Program-made: the position numbers and the translations under genes
Assembly: GCA_034521615.1 (NCBI GenBank)
Contig: JAXHME010000022.1
Span: 723 to 64,722 of the forward strand
Source of the DNA: Halobacteriales archaeon
GTDB taxonomy: Archaea > Halobacteriota > Halobacteria > Halobacteriales > Hikarchaeaceae
Reading direction: 5' to 3'
DNA: 64,000 nt
The notes under the pieces: generated by a model
What the model saw: the letters and a program-made list of their open reading frames with translations, nothing else
Told to the model about the DNA's origin: nothing
Database searches by the model: none
Shown: positions 19,832-31,560 of the stretch, in pieces
How the letters are laid out: each line of letters begins with the position of its first letter
How positions within the stretch are numbered: position 1 is the stretch's first letter

Positions 19832-22558
19832 TCAGCGACCCGCCCGGTCGGCGGGGACGAGGCGATCGAGCCCGCGGCTCACCACGAGGTTCAGGGCGAG
19901 GAACGCCACGAAGGCGACGGCGATCCACGTCCATTCGGCCAGCGCGAGCGGCCGCACGCCGAAGAACCGGTTGGCGGGGGTGTAGAGCACGAGCAGCTGG
20001 AGGACGACCGTGACGCCGATCGCCGCGAGCAGCCACCGGTTCGATCGCCAGGAGAGGGCGTAGCGGCGCCGGATGACCTGGATGCGGACGATCTCGACGA
20101 CCACCAGGAACGTGAACAGCAGCGTCTGGGCGGCCACCAGCGAGCCGGTGACCGACAGGCCGTAGAAGAAGAGCCCCAGCCCCGTGGCGGTCATCAGGAG
20201 CCCGATCGCCAGGATCGAGGCCAACAGGCGCCGGTCGATGACCGGCTCGTCGGCGCCCCGGGGCGGCCGGTCGAGGATGCCCTCGGCCTTCGGGTCGACG
20301 CCCAGCGCGAGCGCCGGCAGGCCGTCGGTCACGAGGTTGATCCAGAGCAGCATCACGGGCGTGAGGATCAGCGCCTCCGATCGCGACGCGAACTGCTCGG
20401 GGAACAGGAGGCTCCCGAGCAGCACGCCGAGGAAGACGACCAGCACCTCGCCGGCGTTCGCCGAGAGCAGGTAGTTGACGAACTTCCGGATGTTGTCGAA
20501 GATGCCCCGGCCCTCGGCGATGGCGTCGCGGATCGTGGCGAAGTTGTCGTCCTGGAGCACCATGTCGGCGGCGCCCTGGGCGACGTCGGTGCCGCGGATC
20601 CCCATCGCGATGCCGACGTCCGCCGAGCGGAGCGCCGGGGCGTCGTTGACGCCGTCGCCCGTCATCGCGACGTCGTGGCCGTTGGCCTGGAGCGCGTCGA
20701 GCACGCGGACCTTGTGCTCGGGGGCGGCCCGCGCGAAGATGTCGACCGACTCGACGGCCTCGGCGAGCGCGTCCTCGTCCATCCCCTCGACGTCGGCGCC
20801 GGTGAGCGCGCCCGCGGGATCGAAGCCCACCTCCTCGCCGATGGCCTTCGCCGTCCCGGCGTTGTCCCCCGTGACCATCACCACCCGGACGCCCGCGCGA
20901 CGGCAGTCGGCGATCGCCCCCGCGACCTCGGGCCGCGGCGGGTCGAGCATCCCCTGCAGCCCGAGGAACGTCAGGCCGGTCTCGAGGCTCGCCTCGTCCG
21001 CGTCGGGGTCGTCGACGGGCTTCGAGGCGAAGCCGAGCACGCGGAGCGCGTCCGCCGCGAACGCCTCGTTGCGCTCGAGGATCGCCGCCCGGCGCGCATC
21101 GGTCAGGTCGACCGCCTCGCCGTCGATCAGCACCCGGTCGCAGCGGTCGAGCACCTCCTCGGGCGCGCCCTTCATGTAGGCCGTCGGCGGGTCGCCGTCG
21201 GCGACGACGGTCATCCGCGCCCGCTCCGAGGAGAACGGCAGCTCGCGGAGCCGGTCGTGGTCGGCGTCGACCCCGGCCTTCGCCGCCGCGGCGAGGACGG
21301 CGACCTCCGTCGGGTCGCCGTGGAACCCTCGATCGTCGTCCCCGGCCCCGAGCTCGGCGTTGTTGCAGACGGCCCCGCAGCGCAGGACGGGTTCGAGCGC
21401 CGCCGGGTCGATCTCCTCGCCGTCCCGCGTGAACGCCCCGTCACGTTCGGTGCCCGCCCCCGACACCTCGTACGTCGCCTCCCCGACGGCGATCCGGCGG
21501 ACCGTCATCCGGTTCTCCGTCAGCGTGCCGGTCTTGTCGGTCACGATGACGTCCACCGAGCCCAGGCTCTCGACGACCGGGAGCCGGCGCACCAGCGCCT
21601 TCCTCGCCGCCATCCGTCGGGAGCCCAGCGCGAGGGTGAGGGTCACGACGGCGGGGAGCCCCTCCGGGACGGCGGCGACCGCTAGCGTGACGCCGACGAG
21701 CAGCACCGAGATGGGCGAGGCCGCCGTGAACAGCAGCTGGACGGCCGCGATGAGCACGATGAGCCCGACGACGCCGAGGCCGATCTGCCGGCCGAGCTGG
21801 TCGACCTCCACCTGGAACGGCGTCGGCTCGTCCTCGGTGACCGCCAGCTGGGTCGCGATGCCGCCGACCTCGGTCGCCATCCCCGTCGCCGTCACCACGG
21901 CCCGGCCCCGGCCCTTGACGGCCGTCGTGTGCATGTGCAGCAGGTTCTCGCGCTCGGCGAGGGGCGCCGCGGCGTCGACCGGCCCGGCGGCCTTCGAGAC
22001 GCTCGCGCTCTCGCCGGTCAGCGCCGACTCGTCGGCCTGGAGGCTGTGGCCCTCGATCACCCGGGCGTCGGCGGGGATCGCGTCGCCCTGCTCGACGACG
22101 AGCACGTCACCCGGGACGACCGCCGTGGCGTCGACCGTCCGCCGCTCGCCGTCCCGCAGCACCGTGGCCTTCGGCGCCGCCATCGCCCGTAGCGCCTCGA
22201 TCGACCGCTCGGCCTGGTAGTCCTGGACGAAGCCGAAGACGCCGTTCGCCAGCAGGATGAGGGCGATGAGCGCCGCGTCGGTGTAGTGCGGGTCGAACCC
22301 CGGCAGGAGCCCGACGACCAGCGACAGCGCCGCGGCCAGGATGAGGAGGTAGATCAGGACGTCCTGGAACTGCGAGACGAACAGCGCGAGGACCGAGGCC
22401 CCCTCCTCGCGCTCCAGCTCGTTCGGGCCGTACCGCTCGAGCCGCCTCGCGGCCTCCTCGTCGGTGAGGCCGGTCGGGCCGGTGTCGAGCCGGTCGTAGA
22501 CCGCCTCGAGCTCGAGGGCGTGCCAGTCGGCCGTGTCGGCCGCCTCGTCGTCGGCCAT
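19832..22558 (-). CDS. P-type IIA cation (Ca2+-like) transporting ATPase
   Basis: [46 protein letters not shown]. Confidence 0.95.
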   Translation of the reverse strand: MADDEAADTADWHALELEAVYDRLDTGPTGLTDEEAARRLERYGPNELEREEGASVLALFVSQFQDVLIYLLILAAALSLVVGLLPGFDPHYTDAALIALILLANGVFGFVQDYQAERSIEALRAMAAPKATVLRDGERRTVDATAVVPGDVLVVEQGDAIPADARVIEGHSLQADESALTGESASVSKAAGPVDAAAPLAERENLLHMHTTAVKGRGRAVVTATGMATEVGGIATQLAVTEDEPTPFQVEVDQLGRQIGLGVVGLIVLIAAVQLLFTAASPISVLLVGVTLAVAAVPEGLPAVVTLTLALGSRRMAARKALVRRLPVVESLGSVDVIVTDKTGTLTENRMTVRRIAVGEATYEVSGAGTERDGAFTRDGEEIDPAALEPVLRCGAVCNNAELGAGDDDRGFHGDPTEVAVLAAAAKAGVDADHDRLRELPFSSERARMTVVADGDPPTAYMKGAPEEVLDRCDRVLIDGEAVDLTDARRAAILERNEAFAADALRVLGFASKPVDDPDADEASLETGLTFLGLQGMLDPPRPEVAGAIADCRRAGVRVVMVTGDNAGTAKAIGEEVGFDPAGALTGADVEGMDEDALAEAVESVDIFARAAPEHKVRVLDALQANGHDVAMTGDGVNDAPALRSADVGIAMGIRGTDVAQGAADMVLQDDNFATIRDAIAEGRGIFDNIRKFVNYLLSANAGEVLVVFLGVLLGSLLFPEQFASRSEALILTPVMLLWINLVTDGLPALALGVDPKAEGILDRPPRGADEPVIDRRLLASILAIGLLMTATGLGLFFYGLSVTGSLVAAQTLLFTFLVVVEIVRIQVIRRRYALSWRSNRWLLAAIGVTVVLQLLVLYTPANRFFGVRPLALAEWTWIAVAFVAFLALNLVVSRGLDRLVPADRAGR

Positions 22559-22969
22559 CAGCCGAGCGCCGCTGCGGCGTGGCCAGCCCGTCCTACCGCT
22601 CCGCCCGGTGTCATTGGGTCGGTAGACCCGCCACGGGGGGATAAAGCCGGGTGCCGGTTCGCCGCCTCGTGAGAGCCGCGTCCGTCACTCGCCGCCGGCG
22701 CCGCGCCAGCCACCAGAGCCCGGCCGCGGCGCCGGCGAGCCCAGCTTCGATACGTTCAGGCTGGGAGTTCGGACCGCGCCATCGAGTTCCTCGACTGGTT
22801 CACCCCCTCCCCCATCGGAGAACGCTCCTTCATCTGCTGGGCTTCGCCACCCATACTGCAGACGTCCCCCGGGAGACGAGCGATCCGCGAACTCTGGCGC
22901 TGTTGCAGCACTCCCGGAAGATGCGGGGGAACACTTAGCAGCCGCCGAGCCCGTTACTGGTGTTGTCAG

Positions 22970-24254
22970 TCAATCGTCGGTCACGCCGGCCACCGTTGGT
23001 GACTCGTTGATCGAGGGAGCGGGGTAGCTCTCGACGACGCCCTTCGCCACGAACGCGGCTGCGGCGAAGGCGAAGAGGCTCGAGCCGGCGAACGCGATCT
23101 CGTAGCCCCAGATCGTCGCCACCGCTCCGAGCAGGAGCGGCCCGATGACGCCGCCGATGCCCTTCACCGTCGAGAGCATCCCCATGAGCTCGGACTCGCG
23201 TTCGATCGGGGCGACGTCGCCGATGAACGCGTACGTGCCGGCGAAGATGGCGGAGACCGCGATCGCCCGCACGACGAAGCCCGATCCGACGATGATCTCG
23301 CGGAACAGGAGGCCCCCGGGCAGGGTCGCCCCGGCGGCGAAGAGCGCGAACGCGCCGCTGCCGACCATCCCGTAGACCACGAACGACTTCCGGCCACGGG
23401 CGTCCACGACCCGGCCGAAGGCGGACATGAAGAGGATCTGGAGCGCCGACCCGAGCCCGAGCAGCAGCCCCATCTCCGTCGCCGAGGTCCCGACGACGAC
23501 GATCAGGTAGACCGGGAGGAGGCTCATCAATCCCGAGATCGTCATGTTCCGGAACCCGTGGGCGAGGTAGAGCCAGTGCAGGCCGTTGGCCGTCAGCGCC
23601 GTGCGGCCGTCACCGACCGGGATGAGCCGACGTCGGACCTCCCCGAGCAGCGTCCGGAGCGTGGGCAGGGGCCGCCCATCGGCCGTGGGGTCGTCGACGA
23701 ACACCACGGCGATCGTCGCGACGAGGCTGCCGATGGCCATGACGAAGAAGAAGCCCGCCGACGTCAGCAGCGCGAGCAGGACGCCGACCAGGAACCGCGC
23801 GCCGGTGGCACCGACCGATTTGGCGCTGTTGAAGTTCCCGATCGCGCGCCCGCGGTTGGTCGCGCCGCCGTGCTCGCTCACGATGGTCAGGAGGACCGGC
23901 AGGAAGCCCGCCGCGAAGGCGGCGTAGACCGCGACCATCGCGATGGAGAGCCAGATGTTCTGCACGACCGACAGGAGCAACAGCGAGAGCGTGGCCAGGA
24001 CCCCGGTCCCGATGAGCACGGTCCGTCGACGTCGGGTGATGTCGGCGATGGCTCCCCAGATCGGCGAGAACAGCATGACGCCGAACGAGTACGCCGCCAG
24101 GACCGACGCGACCGCGAAGGGGGAGGCCTCACGGCCGACGTAGACCGCCAGGCCGGTCGCCACCAGGATGCCGATCGCCGTGCGGGTGGCTCCCGCGAGC
24201 CCGATCGTCGCACCCTTGCTTCCGTCGACTGGTAGGGAGATACTGGTAATCCAT
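22970..24254 (-). CDS. MFS transporter (likely start ATG 24254 with an indel near the 5' end)
   Basis: About 12 hydrophobic segments; WGAIADITRRRR and FGRVVDARGRK (MFS motif A). Confidence 0.85.
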
Positions 24255-24473
24255 TCGCTCGTCGTATCAGCCAAGCACCATCCGACGTCCGACCACATCA
24301 GCGCGATTGAAACCGTGGAGGGGAGACTGACCGTATGGTTGAAGGAAATCCTGCGGGAGGTATATGTCTTCGTAATTATATGTCTGTCAGTGAAACACAC
24401 TCACGGTCGTTCGAACCGATGAGGTTCCGACCGACGGCTCACGAACGCCCTCCCAGTCGGTGAGTCGTTCCCC

Positions 24474-25939
24474 TCAATCCCGCGAGGACGGTTCGGACCC
24501 ACCCCGCCGCCGGAGCCAGCCCAGCCCCGCCGTGACGCCAGCCACCCCGGCCAGGAGGCCGAAGCCGGGCTGGCCGTCGGACTCGGTGGTCGTCGGGGGC
24601 TCGGTCGCCGTCGGCGACGGCGTCGGCGAGGGGGTGGGTGTCGGCGTCGGTGTGGGTGTAGGCCTCGCGGTCGCGATCGAGGACGCGGGCGTGGCGGCCG
24701 CCGGCGTCGCCGGCGGGCTCGCCTGCTCGGCGGGCGCGGTCGGGAACGTGAACAGCCCCTCGGTGAGGTTCGGGGCGATGCCGCTGCCGGTCGCCGAGGC
24801 GACGAAGACGTCCTCGGTCGCCCGGACGGCCGACCAGAACGCCGCCCGCTCGGGCTCGCGCCACCAGGCCAGCTCCGTCGGCGCGCCGGGGTCGCTGATG
24901 TCGTGGATCTTCACGCCGCCCTGGTACCACGAGCTGTAGAGGCGGTCGCCGACGATGTCGAAGTTGTGCGAGGTGGTCCAGGTGCCCCGGCGGGTCTCGT
25001 CCGCCGCCCGGGGCGGGTGGATCTCCGAGAGCTTGATCGGCGAGCCCGGCTTCGAGACGTCCCAGAGCTCGATGCCCGACGGGCCGCCCTCGTCGTCGCC
25101 CGACTCGGCGTCCCAGGACTCCTTGCCGACCGCGAGCACGCGGCCGTCGGCCGTCGCCTGGGCGTAGTGGTGGTTCCCCGGGGGCTCGGTCGACTCCTTG
25201 TCCGTGGCGTCGAACGGGATCGACGCGACCTCGCCGAACGGCCGGCCCTCGACGTGGGTCAGCAGCTCGGGCGACGCGGGGTCGCTGGCGTCGACGACCC
25301 ACGTGCCCGCCTCCCACATCGGCACGTACGCGATCTGCTCCTGGACCCAGACGTCGTGGGGCCGCCGGAGGAAGAAGTTCACGTCCGACCACTTGCCCTC
25401 GAACTCGGTGATGTCGATCTCGCCGACCTTCGCCGGCTCGTCGTCGGCCACGTCGACGATCGTGACCTCGCCGCCCTGGGTCAGGTAGACCCGGTCGCCC
25501 TCGAGGTGGGCGTTGTGGATCGGCGACGGCGTCTCGTGGAACGCCAGCTGCTCGGGCGCCGCCGGGTCCGAGACGTCGTAGAGGACGAAGCCGGTGGCGA
25601 CCTCGCTGCCGGTCGCGTTCCCCGGCCGGGGACCACGAGCCGGTCGCCGTCGACCTTGATGTCGATGATGCCCGCCATCGGGCCGTCCGCACGGTCTTCG
25701 AGCAGGTCGCGGCGCTCGGCGAGCACCGTCGGGCTCGCGGGGTCGCTGACGTCGACGGTGGCGAACCCGGAGGTCGCCGCGAGGTAGGCCGTCCGCCCGT
25801 CGTCGCCCATCACGGCCTCCGCGGCGCCGGCGACCTCGACCTCGCCGAGCGGCCCGTAGCCCGCCTGGGTCGCCCGCGCGGTCGGCACGCCGAGCGCGGC
25901 CGCGCCGGCCATCGTCCCGAGGAACTGGCGGCGTCGCAT
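24474..25939 (-). CDS. LVIVD-repeat beta-propeller surface protein with Tat signal, PT linker and PGF-CTERM; frameshift near 25625
   Basis: MRRRQFLG signal; repeats VDVSDP/YDVSDP/HDISDP; TSHNF; PTPTPTP linker; GQPGFGLLAGVAGV...LRRR sorting signal. Confidence 0.9.
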
Positions 25940-25987
25940 ACCCCCGGCGAGGGCCGAGGCCGTCAAAAAACGTTCCCCGACGCCGCC

Positions 25988-26363
25988 TCAGATCCGGACG
26001 AACACGTCGCCGTCGACGACCCGGCAGTCGAAGGTCGCGATCCGCGAGCCCGAGGCCGGGTTCTCGCCGGTCTCGAGGTCCCAGCTCCAGAGGTGCCACG
26101 GGCAGGAGACCGTCCCCGCGTCGGCGTTGACGCCGCCGCGGGTCTCGGTCCAGGTGTGCTCGGCGTTGATCTTGCGCTCGCCGGCCTTGCAGAGCGGCGC
26201 CGACTGGTGGGCACACCGGTTCGAGATGGCGTGGTACTCGCCGTCGGCGTTGAACACCGCGACCTCGATGCCGCCCACGTCGACCCCGATGCCCCGGCCG
26301 TCGGCGATCTCGTCGGCCTCGGCGACCTTCCGGAACCCGTCGGGGACGTCAGCGCTCGGCCAT
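25988..26363 (-). CDS. Rieske [2Fe-2S] ferredoxin (1-bp insertion just after the ATG at 26363)
   Basis: NRCAHQSAPL...SCPWHLW gives the CxH...CxxH Rieske ligands. The ATG is 3 bp after the amidohydrolase stop. Confidence 0.9.
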
Positions 26364-26366
26364 GGC

Positions 26367-27506
26367 TCAGAGGCGCAGGAGCTCCCGGGCGTTGCCGTGG
26401 AGCACCGCGTCGCGCAGGTCGTGGTCGTCGGTGAACGCCCGGTTGGTGAAGAACCAGGTCGGCGGGTCGAGCGTCTGGTGGGGCCAGTCCGAGGAGTAGA
26501 CGAACGTGTCCTCGGCCATCGAGAGTCGGAGCATGTCGCGGGCCTCGCCGGCGTTTCGCGGCAGCGCGAACGGCTGCGTGCAGACGGAGATGTTCTCCCG
26601 GAGGTACTCGCTCGGCGAGCGCTCGAGGTAGCGCTCGCCGGCCTCGAACTTCCGCGGCGTGATCTTGACGTCCTCGGGGTGCATCTCGTAGAACTCGTCC
26701 ATCCGGTAGCGCGCGAACGGCAGCCACCAGTGGCCGCCCTCCTGGAAGACGACGTCCAGGTCGGGGAAGCGGTCGAACACGCCGGACATGATCAGGTTGA
26801 CCGTGTTCACCATCGTGTGGTACGGCCAGTCGAAGCCGAGGATCTCCGTCCAGGTCAGCATGTTGTCGCCGACGTAGCTGTGCTGGGGCCAGAACGCGAG
26901 CGAGCCGTGGAGCAGGAGCGGCAGCCCCAGCGACTCGAGCTTCTCGAACACCGGGTCGAACTTCGTGTGGCCCCAGGGCTCGCGGGGGTCGAACCAGGAG
27001 TAGGCGGCGACCACGCCGTCCTCGTCGCCCCAGCGGTCGAGCTCGTCGAGCGCGTGGTCGACGTCCCACTTCGAGATCGACAGCGCCGTCCAGATGCCCG
27101 CGTCGACGAAGTGGTCGAGCATGTAGTCGTTCCCGGCCTGCAGCACGGCGTTCTTCAGCACCGGGTGGTGCTGCTGGGGCAGGCCGTTGATGCCCGCGTT
27201 GACGACCGGCTCGTCGATGGCGAGCGTCTCGCAGGCCTGGTGGACGTCCTCGGGGTACTCCGCCCGGCCCTGGGTGAACAGCCCCTCGTTGCCCTCCTCG
27301 ATGGCGTAGGCGGCGTCCCACTTGTCGGGGACGGGCGTCATCCCGAACTCCGTCGTCAGCCGGTCGAGCGCGACGTCGTTCTCCACGTAGTTCTCGAGCT
27401 CGGCCTCCATCGGGTTGACGTGGAAGTCGAGGTCGATGATCTCGACGTCGTAGGCGGCCTCCGGGACCTCCGCGGTCGCGTCGAGGCGCCTGATGGACGA
27501 GCCCAT
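26367..27506 (-). CDS. Amidohydrolase_2-fold metalloprotein, probably an amidohydrolase-related dinuclear oxygenase
   Basis: IIDLDFH (DxDxH), LPLLLHG, GVFDRFPDL.VVFQEGG..WLP, PSEYLRENI.VCTQP, YSSDWPH. Coupled to the Rieske gene. Confidence 0.8.
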   Translation of the reverse strand: MGSSIRRLDATAEVPEAAYDVEIIDLDFHVNPMEAELENYVENDVALDRLTTEFGMTPVPDKWDAAYAIEEGNEGLFTQGRAEYPEDVHQACETLAIDEPVVNAGINGLPQQHHPVLKNAVLQAGNDYMLDHFVDAGIWTALSISKWDVDHALDELDRWGDEDGVVAAYSWFDPREPWGHTKFDPVFEKLESLGLPLLLHGSLAFWPQHSYVGDNMLTWTEILGFDWPYHTMVNTVNLIMSGVFDRFPDLDVVFQEGGHWWLPFARYRMDEFYEMHPEDVKITPRKFEAGERYLERSPSEYLRENISVCTQPFALPRNAGEARDMLRLSMAEDTFVYSSDWPHQTLDPPTWFFTNRAFTDDHDLRDAVLHGNARELLRL

Positions 27507-27562
27507 GCCGATGACGGCGGCACACGGCCCAATCAATACTTCGCTTGCGGGGATCGCCCGGC

Positions 27563-28546
27563 TCAGTCGGCGTCGCCGCCGGCCTCGCTGAGCCGCTCGA
27601 ACTGCTCGTCGCTGAGCTCGACCTCGGTCGCGGCGATGTTCTCCTCGAGCTGGTCGACCGTCCGCGCCCCGATGATGGGGGCCGTCACGTCCGGATGGCG
27701 CAGCAGCCAGGCCAGCGAGACGTGCGCCGGGCTGGCGTCGACCTCGTCGGCGACGGCCTCGACGGCCTCGACGACGTCGAAGTTCTCGGGCGTCAGGTAG
27801 CGCTCGGCGTAGCCCGGGTCGTCCGCGGCCCGGGTGCCCTCGGGCGGCTCCTCGCCCCGCTCGTACTTCCCGGTGAGCACCCCGCCGGCCAGCGGGCTCC
27901 AGGGCACGACGCCGAGCCCGTAGCTCCGGCACATCGGGAGGTAGTTCGCCTCGACCTCGCGGTTGGCGAGGTTGTACCGCGGCTGGGTGACGGTGAACGG
28001 CTCGTAGCCCTCCCGGCGGGCGAGCTCGTTCGCGCGGGCGACCTGCCAGGCGTTGGGCGCCATCGTCGAGGCGCCGAGGTAGTTCACCCGGCCGTCGTCG
28101 ACGAAGCCGTCGAGCGTGCGCATGAACTCCTCGGCGGGCGTGTCGTCGTCCCACCGGTGGATGTACAGCAGGTCGAGGTAGTCGGTGTTGAGCCGGTCGA
28201 GCATCACCTCGAGCTGCCGGCGCAGGTGGTTCCGGTTCAGCCCGCCCGCGTTCGGGTCGTCCTCGTCGGTCGGCCAGTAGATCTTGCTCGCGAGGACGTA
28301 GCGGTCGCGGTCGTGAGTCTGGAGCCAGTCGCCGATGATCGACTCCGACGCGCCGCCGCCGTAGACGTTGGCGGTGTCGATGAAGTTCCCGCCGGCCTCG
28401 GCGTAGGCGTCCAGCAGGTCGAAGGCGCTGCCGCGGGGCACTTCGAGGTCGCCGTCGGCCGTCTCCCGGCCGAACCGCCAGGTGCCGAAGGCGAGCTCGC
28501 TGACCTGTGCCCCGGTCCGTCCCAGTCGCACGGTGTCGAGGGCCAT
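27563..28546 (-). CDS. Aldo/keto reductase
   Basis: FIDTANVYG, LASK, YLDLLYIHRWD, PWSPLAGG, PIIGART. Confidence 0.95.
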   Translation of the reverse strand: MALDTVRLGRTGAQVSELAFGTWRFGRETADGDLEVPRGSAFDLLDAYAEAGGNFIDTANVYGGGASESIIGDWLQTHDRDRYVLASKIYWPTDEDDPNAGGLNRNHLRRQLEVMLDRLNTDYLDLLYIHRWDDDTPAEEFMRTLDGFVDDGRVNYLGASTMAPNAWQVARANELARREGYEPFTVTQPRYNLANREVEANYLPMCRSYGLGVVPWSPLAGGVLTGKYERGEEPPEGTRAADDPGYAERYLTPENFDVVEAVEAVADEVDASPAHVSLAWLLRHPDVTAPIIGARTVDQLEENIAATEVELSDEQFERLSEAGGDAD

Positions 28547-28601
28547 AGTCGAGCTTCGTGGCTGGGCCGGTTAAGCGCCCGCATCCCGCCCGCGGGCGGG
28601 C

Positions 28602-29522
28602 TCAGAGCAGCACGAAGCTCGGGAGGTAGAGGGCCAGCGGGACGGCGGCCCAGCGCCGGCGGAGCCCGCGCTTCCAGTACAGCAGGCCGAGCACGACGAC
28701 CGACACGACGACCATGTAGGCGGCCGACAGCTGGATCGTCGCCAGGTCCGTCACGACGACGTCCGCGACCAGCGCCCCGATGCCCAGCGAGAACACCGGG
28801 TCGGTGATGTTGCTCCCGAGCAGCGCGCCGATCGAGGTGCCCGTGTCACCGCGCTTGGCGGCCAGGCCCGCGACCATGATCTCCGGCAGCGTCGTCCCGA
28901 GGCCGGTCAGCAGCCCGACGAGGTACTCCCCGACGCCGGCCAGCCGGGCCAGCGCGACACCGTTGGTGACCAGCAGCTGGCCCCCGACGACCACCATCGC
29001 GAGCCCGAGGAGGATCCACGGGACGGTGCGGCGGGGCGGCTCGAGGTCGTCGATGACCTCCTCGGCGATCTCCGCGCCGCCCTCGTTGGAGTAGAGGTCG
29101 TGGATGAAGATGACGTAGGCGAGCATCATCAGGACGCCCTCCGAGCGGATGATCCGGCCGTCCTCGAGCGTCAGGATCATGATGATCATCGCGAGCAGCA
29201 TCCCGCCGCCGTAGACGACCACGTTCGAGCGCGTCGCGACGATCGGCGAGATGACGGCCACGATGCCGATGGCGAGCGTGATCTGGGCGATCTCCGAGCC
29301 GACGATGTTGCCGACGACGAGGTCGCCCGCGCCGTAGGACGCCGCGTAGAGCGACGTCGTCATCTCCGGGATCGACGTCCCGATGGAGATCACCGTCACG
29401 CCGACGAAGAACGTCGAGACGCCGTAGTACAGCGCCAGCTGGCCGGCCTCGGTGACGACCGTGTTCGCGCCGTAGAGCAGCAGCGCGAGCCCGGCGAGGA
29501 AGAGCCCGAGTTCGACCAGCAT
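28602..29522 (-). CDS. Na+/Ca2+ exchanger (CaCA/YrbG family)
   Basis: Alpha repeats GTSIPE...GNIVGS and GTTLPE...GALLGSN. Confidence 0.9.
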   Translation of the reverse strand: MLVELGLFLAGLALLLYGANTVVTEAGQLALYYGVSTFFVGVTVISIGTSIPEMTTSLYAASYGAGDLVVGNIVGSEIAQITLAIGIVAVISPIVATRSNVVVYGGGMLLAMIIMILTLEDGRIIRSEGVLMMLAYVIFIHDLYSNEGGAEIAEEVIDDLEPPRRTVPWILLGLAMVVVGGQLLVTNGVALARLAGVGEYLVGLLTGLGTTLPEIMVAGLAAKRGDTGTSIGALLGSNITDPVFSLGIGALVADVVVTDLATIQLSAAYMVVVSVVVLGLLYWKRGLRRRWAAVPLALYLPSFVLL

Positions 29523-29585
29523 CCCGCCCGCGGCTACTGGGGCCACCCGGATAGTCGTTCCCAACCCCGACCGGCGGGCGCCCGC

Positions 29586-30005
29586 TCAGTCGGCGGCGGG
29601 CATCACGTGGACAGGCACGTCGGCGTGGGTGACGACGTAGTCGGTCACGCTCCCGAGGAGGCGTTTCGGCAGGCCGGCACGCCCCCTGGTCCCCATGACG
29701 ACGAGGTCGACGTCGTTGGCGTCGACGTACTCGAGTATGGAGCGGGCGGGGCGGCCCAGCTCGATCTCGCTCTGCACCGCCACCCCCGCCTCGGTCGCCG
29801 TCGCCACGCACCGCTCGACGTAGGTCTCGGCCTCCTCCCGGAGCGGGATGACGGCGCTCTCGATGGTCGTGTCGTACCGCCAGTCGTCGATCACGTGCAG
29901 GACGTGGACCTCGGCGTCGAACTGCTCGGCGAGGGCGATCGCCTCCTCCATCGCCGACGTCGCCGAGTCGCTGCCGTCGGTCGGCACCAAGATGCGCTGA
30001 TACAT
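29586..30005 (-). CDS. Universal stress protein
   Basis: ILVPTDGS...DLVVMGTRGR...LLGSVT. Confidence 0.95.
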   Translation of the reverse strand: MYQRILVPTDGSDSATSAMEEAIALAEQFDAEVHVLHVIDDWRYDTTIESAVIPLREEAETYVERCVATATEAGVAVQSEIELGRPARSILEYVDANDVDLVVMGTRGRAGLPKRLLGSVTDYVVTHADVPVHVMPAAD

Positions 30006-30161
30006 GGGATAGAAACGCGCTCGGACACGGTAACCGTTCCGCGACGGCCGGGGTCGTCGCCGCTCGTGACCGTCCCGGGACGGCCGGTCCGGCGGATCGC
30101 GCTGTCATCGGGCGGGAATCGCGACTCACCTTTAACCAGCGCGCGACCGTCCGTCCGACCC

Positions 30162-31520
30162 ATGAGCCACAGCCGGGTCGTGATCATGGGCGCGGCGGGC
30201 CGCGACTTCCACGACTTCAACACGGTGTTCCGGGACGACCCCGACGTCGAGGTGGTCGCGTTCACCCAGGCCGCCGGCCAGAACCTCGGCGAGCTCGCCG
30301 ACCTCCCCGAGCGGCGCTACCCGCCCGAGCTCGCCGGCGACCGCTATCCGAACGGGATACCGATCCGCCCGGAGGCCGAGCTCGAGGCCGTGATCGAGGA
30401 GGCGGACGTGGACGAGGTCGTCTTCTCCTACTCGGACGTCTCCCACGAGCACGTCATGCACGCGGCCTCCCGGGCGCTGGCCGCTGGCGCCGACTTCCGG
30501 CTGATCGGGCCCGACCGCATGATGCTCGAGGCCGCGGTGCCCGTCGTCGCCGTCGACGCCGTCCGGACCGGCTGCGGGAAGTCACAGACCGCGCGCAAGC
30601 TGGCCGACGAACTCGTCACCCGCGGTGTCAGGGTCGCGGTCGTCCGCGAGCCGATGCCCTACGGCGACCTGGCGGCCGAGCGGGTCCAGCGGTTCGAGTC
30701 GCTGGCGGACCTCGACGCGGCGGGGGTCACCATCGAGGAGCGCGAGGAGTACGAGGGCCACATCGAGCGCGGCCACGTGGTGTTCGCCGGGATCGACTAC
30801 GCGGCGATCCTCGAGGCCGCGGAGGCGGAGGCCGACGTCATCGTCTGGGACGGCGGCAACAACGAGCTCCCGTTCTTCCGGCCGGACCTGCATTTCGTCC
30901 TGACCGACCCCCTCCGGCCAGGGGCCGAGCGCCGGTATCACCCCGGCGAGACCAACGTCCGGCTCGCCGATTACGTGGTCATCAACAAGGAGAACTCGGC
31001 GGAGCCGGCGGGCATCGACGAGGTCGCCGCGAACGTCGCCGAGCTCAACCCAGACGCCGAGATCATCCACGCGGATTCGGTCATCACGGCCGACGGCGAG
31101 GCCATCGAGGGCCGGCGGGCCCTGGTCGTCGAGGACGGCCCGACGCTGACCCACGGCGACGCGCCGTTCGGCGCGGGCCTCATCGCCGCCCGGCAGCACG
31201 GCGCGTCCGAGATCGTCGACCCCGAGCCACACGCGGTCGGCTCGATCGCGCGGCTCTACGAGGCCTACCCCCACCTCGACCGCGTGCTCCCGGCGATGGG
31301 CTACAGCGACGACCAGGTCGAGGAGCTCGCGGCGACGATTCGCGCCGCCGACCCCGAGGTCGTCGTCTCGGCGACGCCGTTCGACCTCGGCCGGCTGATC
31401 GACGTCGACGTGCCCATCGTCCGGGTCCGCTACGAGCTCGAGGAGCGCGATCTGACCCTCGGCGCGGTGCTGGACCGCCACGCCGACGTCCTGGGACTCG
31501 ACCGCGGAGCCGGCACGTGA
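30162..31520 (+). CDS. P-loop NTPase of the cyclic-2,3-diphosphoglycerate synthetase / arginine synthetase (ArcE)-like family
   Basis: ATG at 30162. MGAAGRDFHDFN, AVRTGCGKSQT (P-loop), TIEEREEYE, WDGGNNE, EDGPTLTHG. Confidence 0.75.
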   Translation: MSHSRVVIMGAAGRDFHDFNTVFRDDPDVEVVAFTQAAGQNLGELADLPERRYPPELAGDRYPNGIPIRPEAELEAVIEEADVDEVVFSYSDVSHEHVMHAASRALAAGADFRLIGPDRMMLEAAVPVVAVDAVRTGCGKSQTARKLADELVTRGVRVAVVREPMPYGDLAAERVQRFESLADLDAAGVTIEEREEYEGHIERGHVVFAGIDYAAILEAAEAEADVIVWDGGNNELPFFRPDLHFVLTDPLRPGAERRYHPGETNVRLADYVVINKENSAEPAGIDEVAANVAELNPDAEIIHADSVITADGEAIEGRRALVVEDGPTLTHGDAPFGAGLIAARQHGASEIVDPEPHAVGSIARLYEAYPHLDRVLPAMGYSDDQVEELAATIRAADPEVVVSATPFDLGRLIDVDVPIVRVRYELEERDLTLGAVLDRHADVLGLDRGAGT

Positions 31521-31560
31521 ACCGGGGGGCTTTATTGACGCGTTGGGGGAAGCCGAACTG

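Noticed and set aside
22600-22960. ORF 22651..22938 and the surrounding spacer
   Set aside because: No acidic composition or recognisable motif; probably decayed DNA at the edge of the MFS gene.
24595-24665. Short tandem repeats (GGCGTCGGC/GGTGTG)
   Set aside because: They encode the Pro-Thr linker of the PGF-CTERM protein; not a CRISPR or a noncoding repeat.
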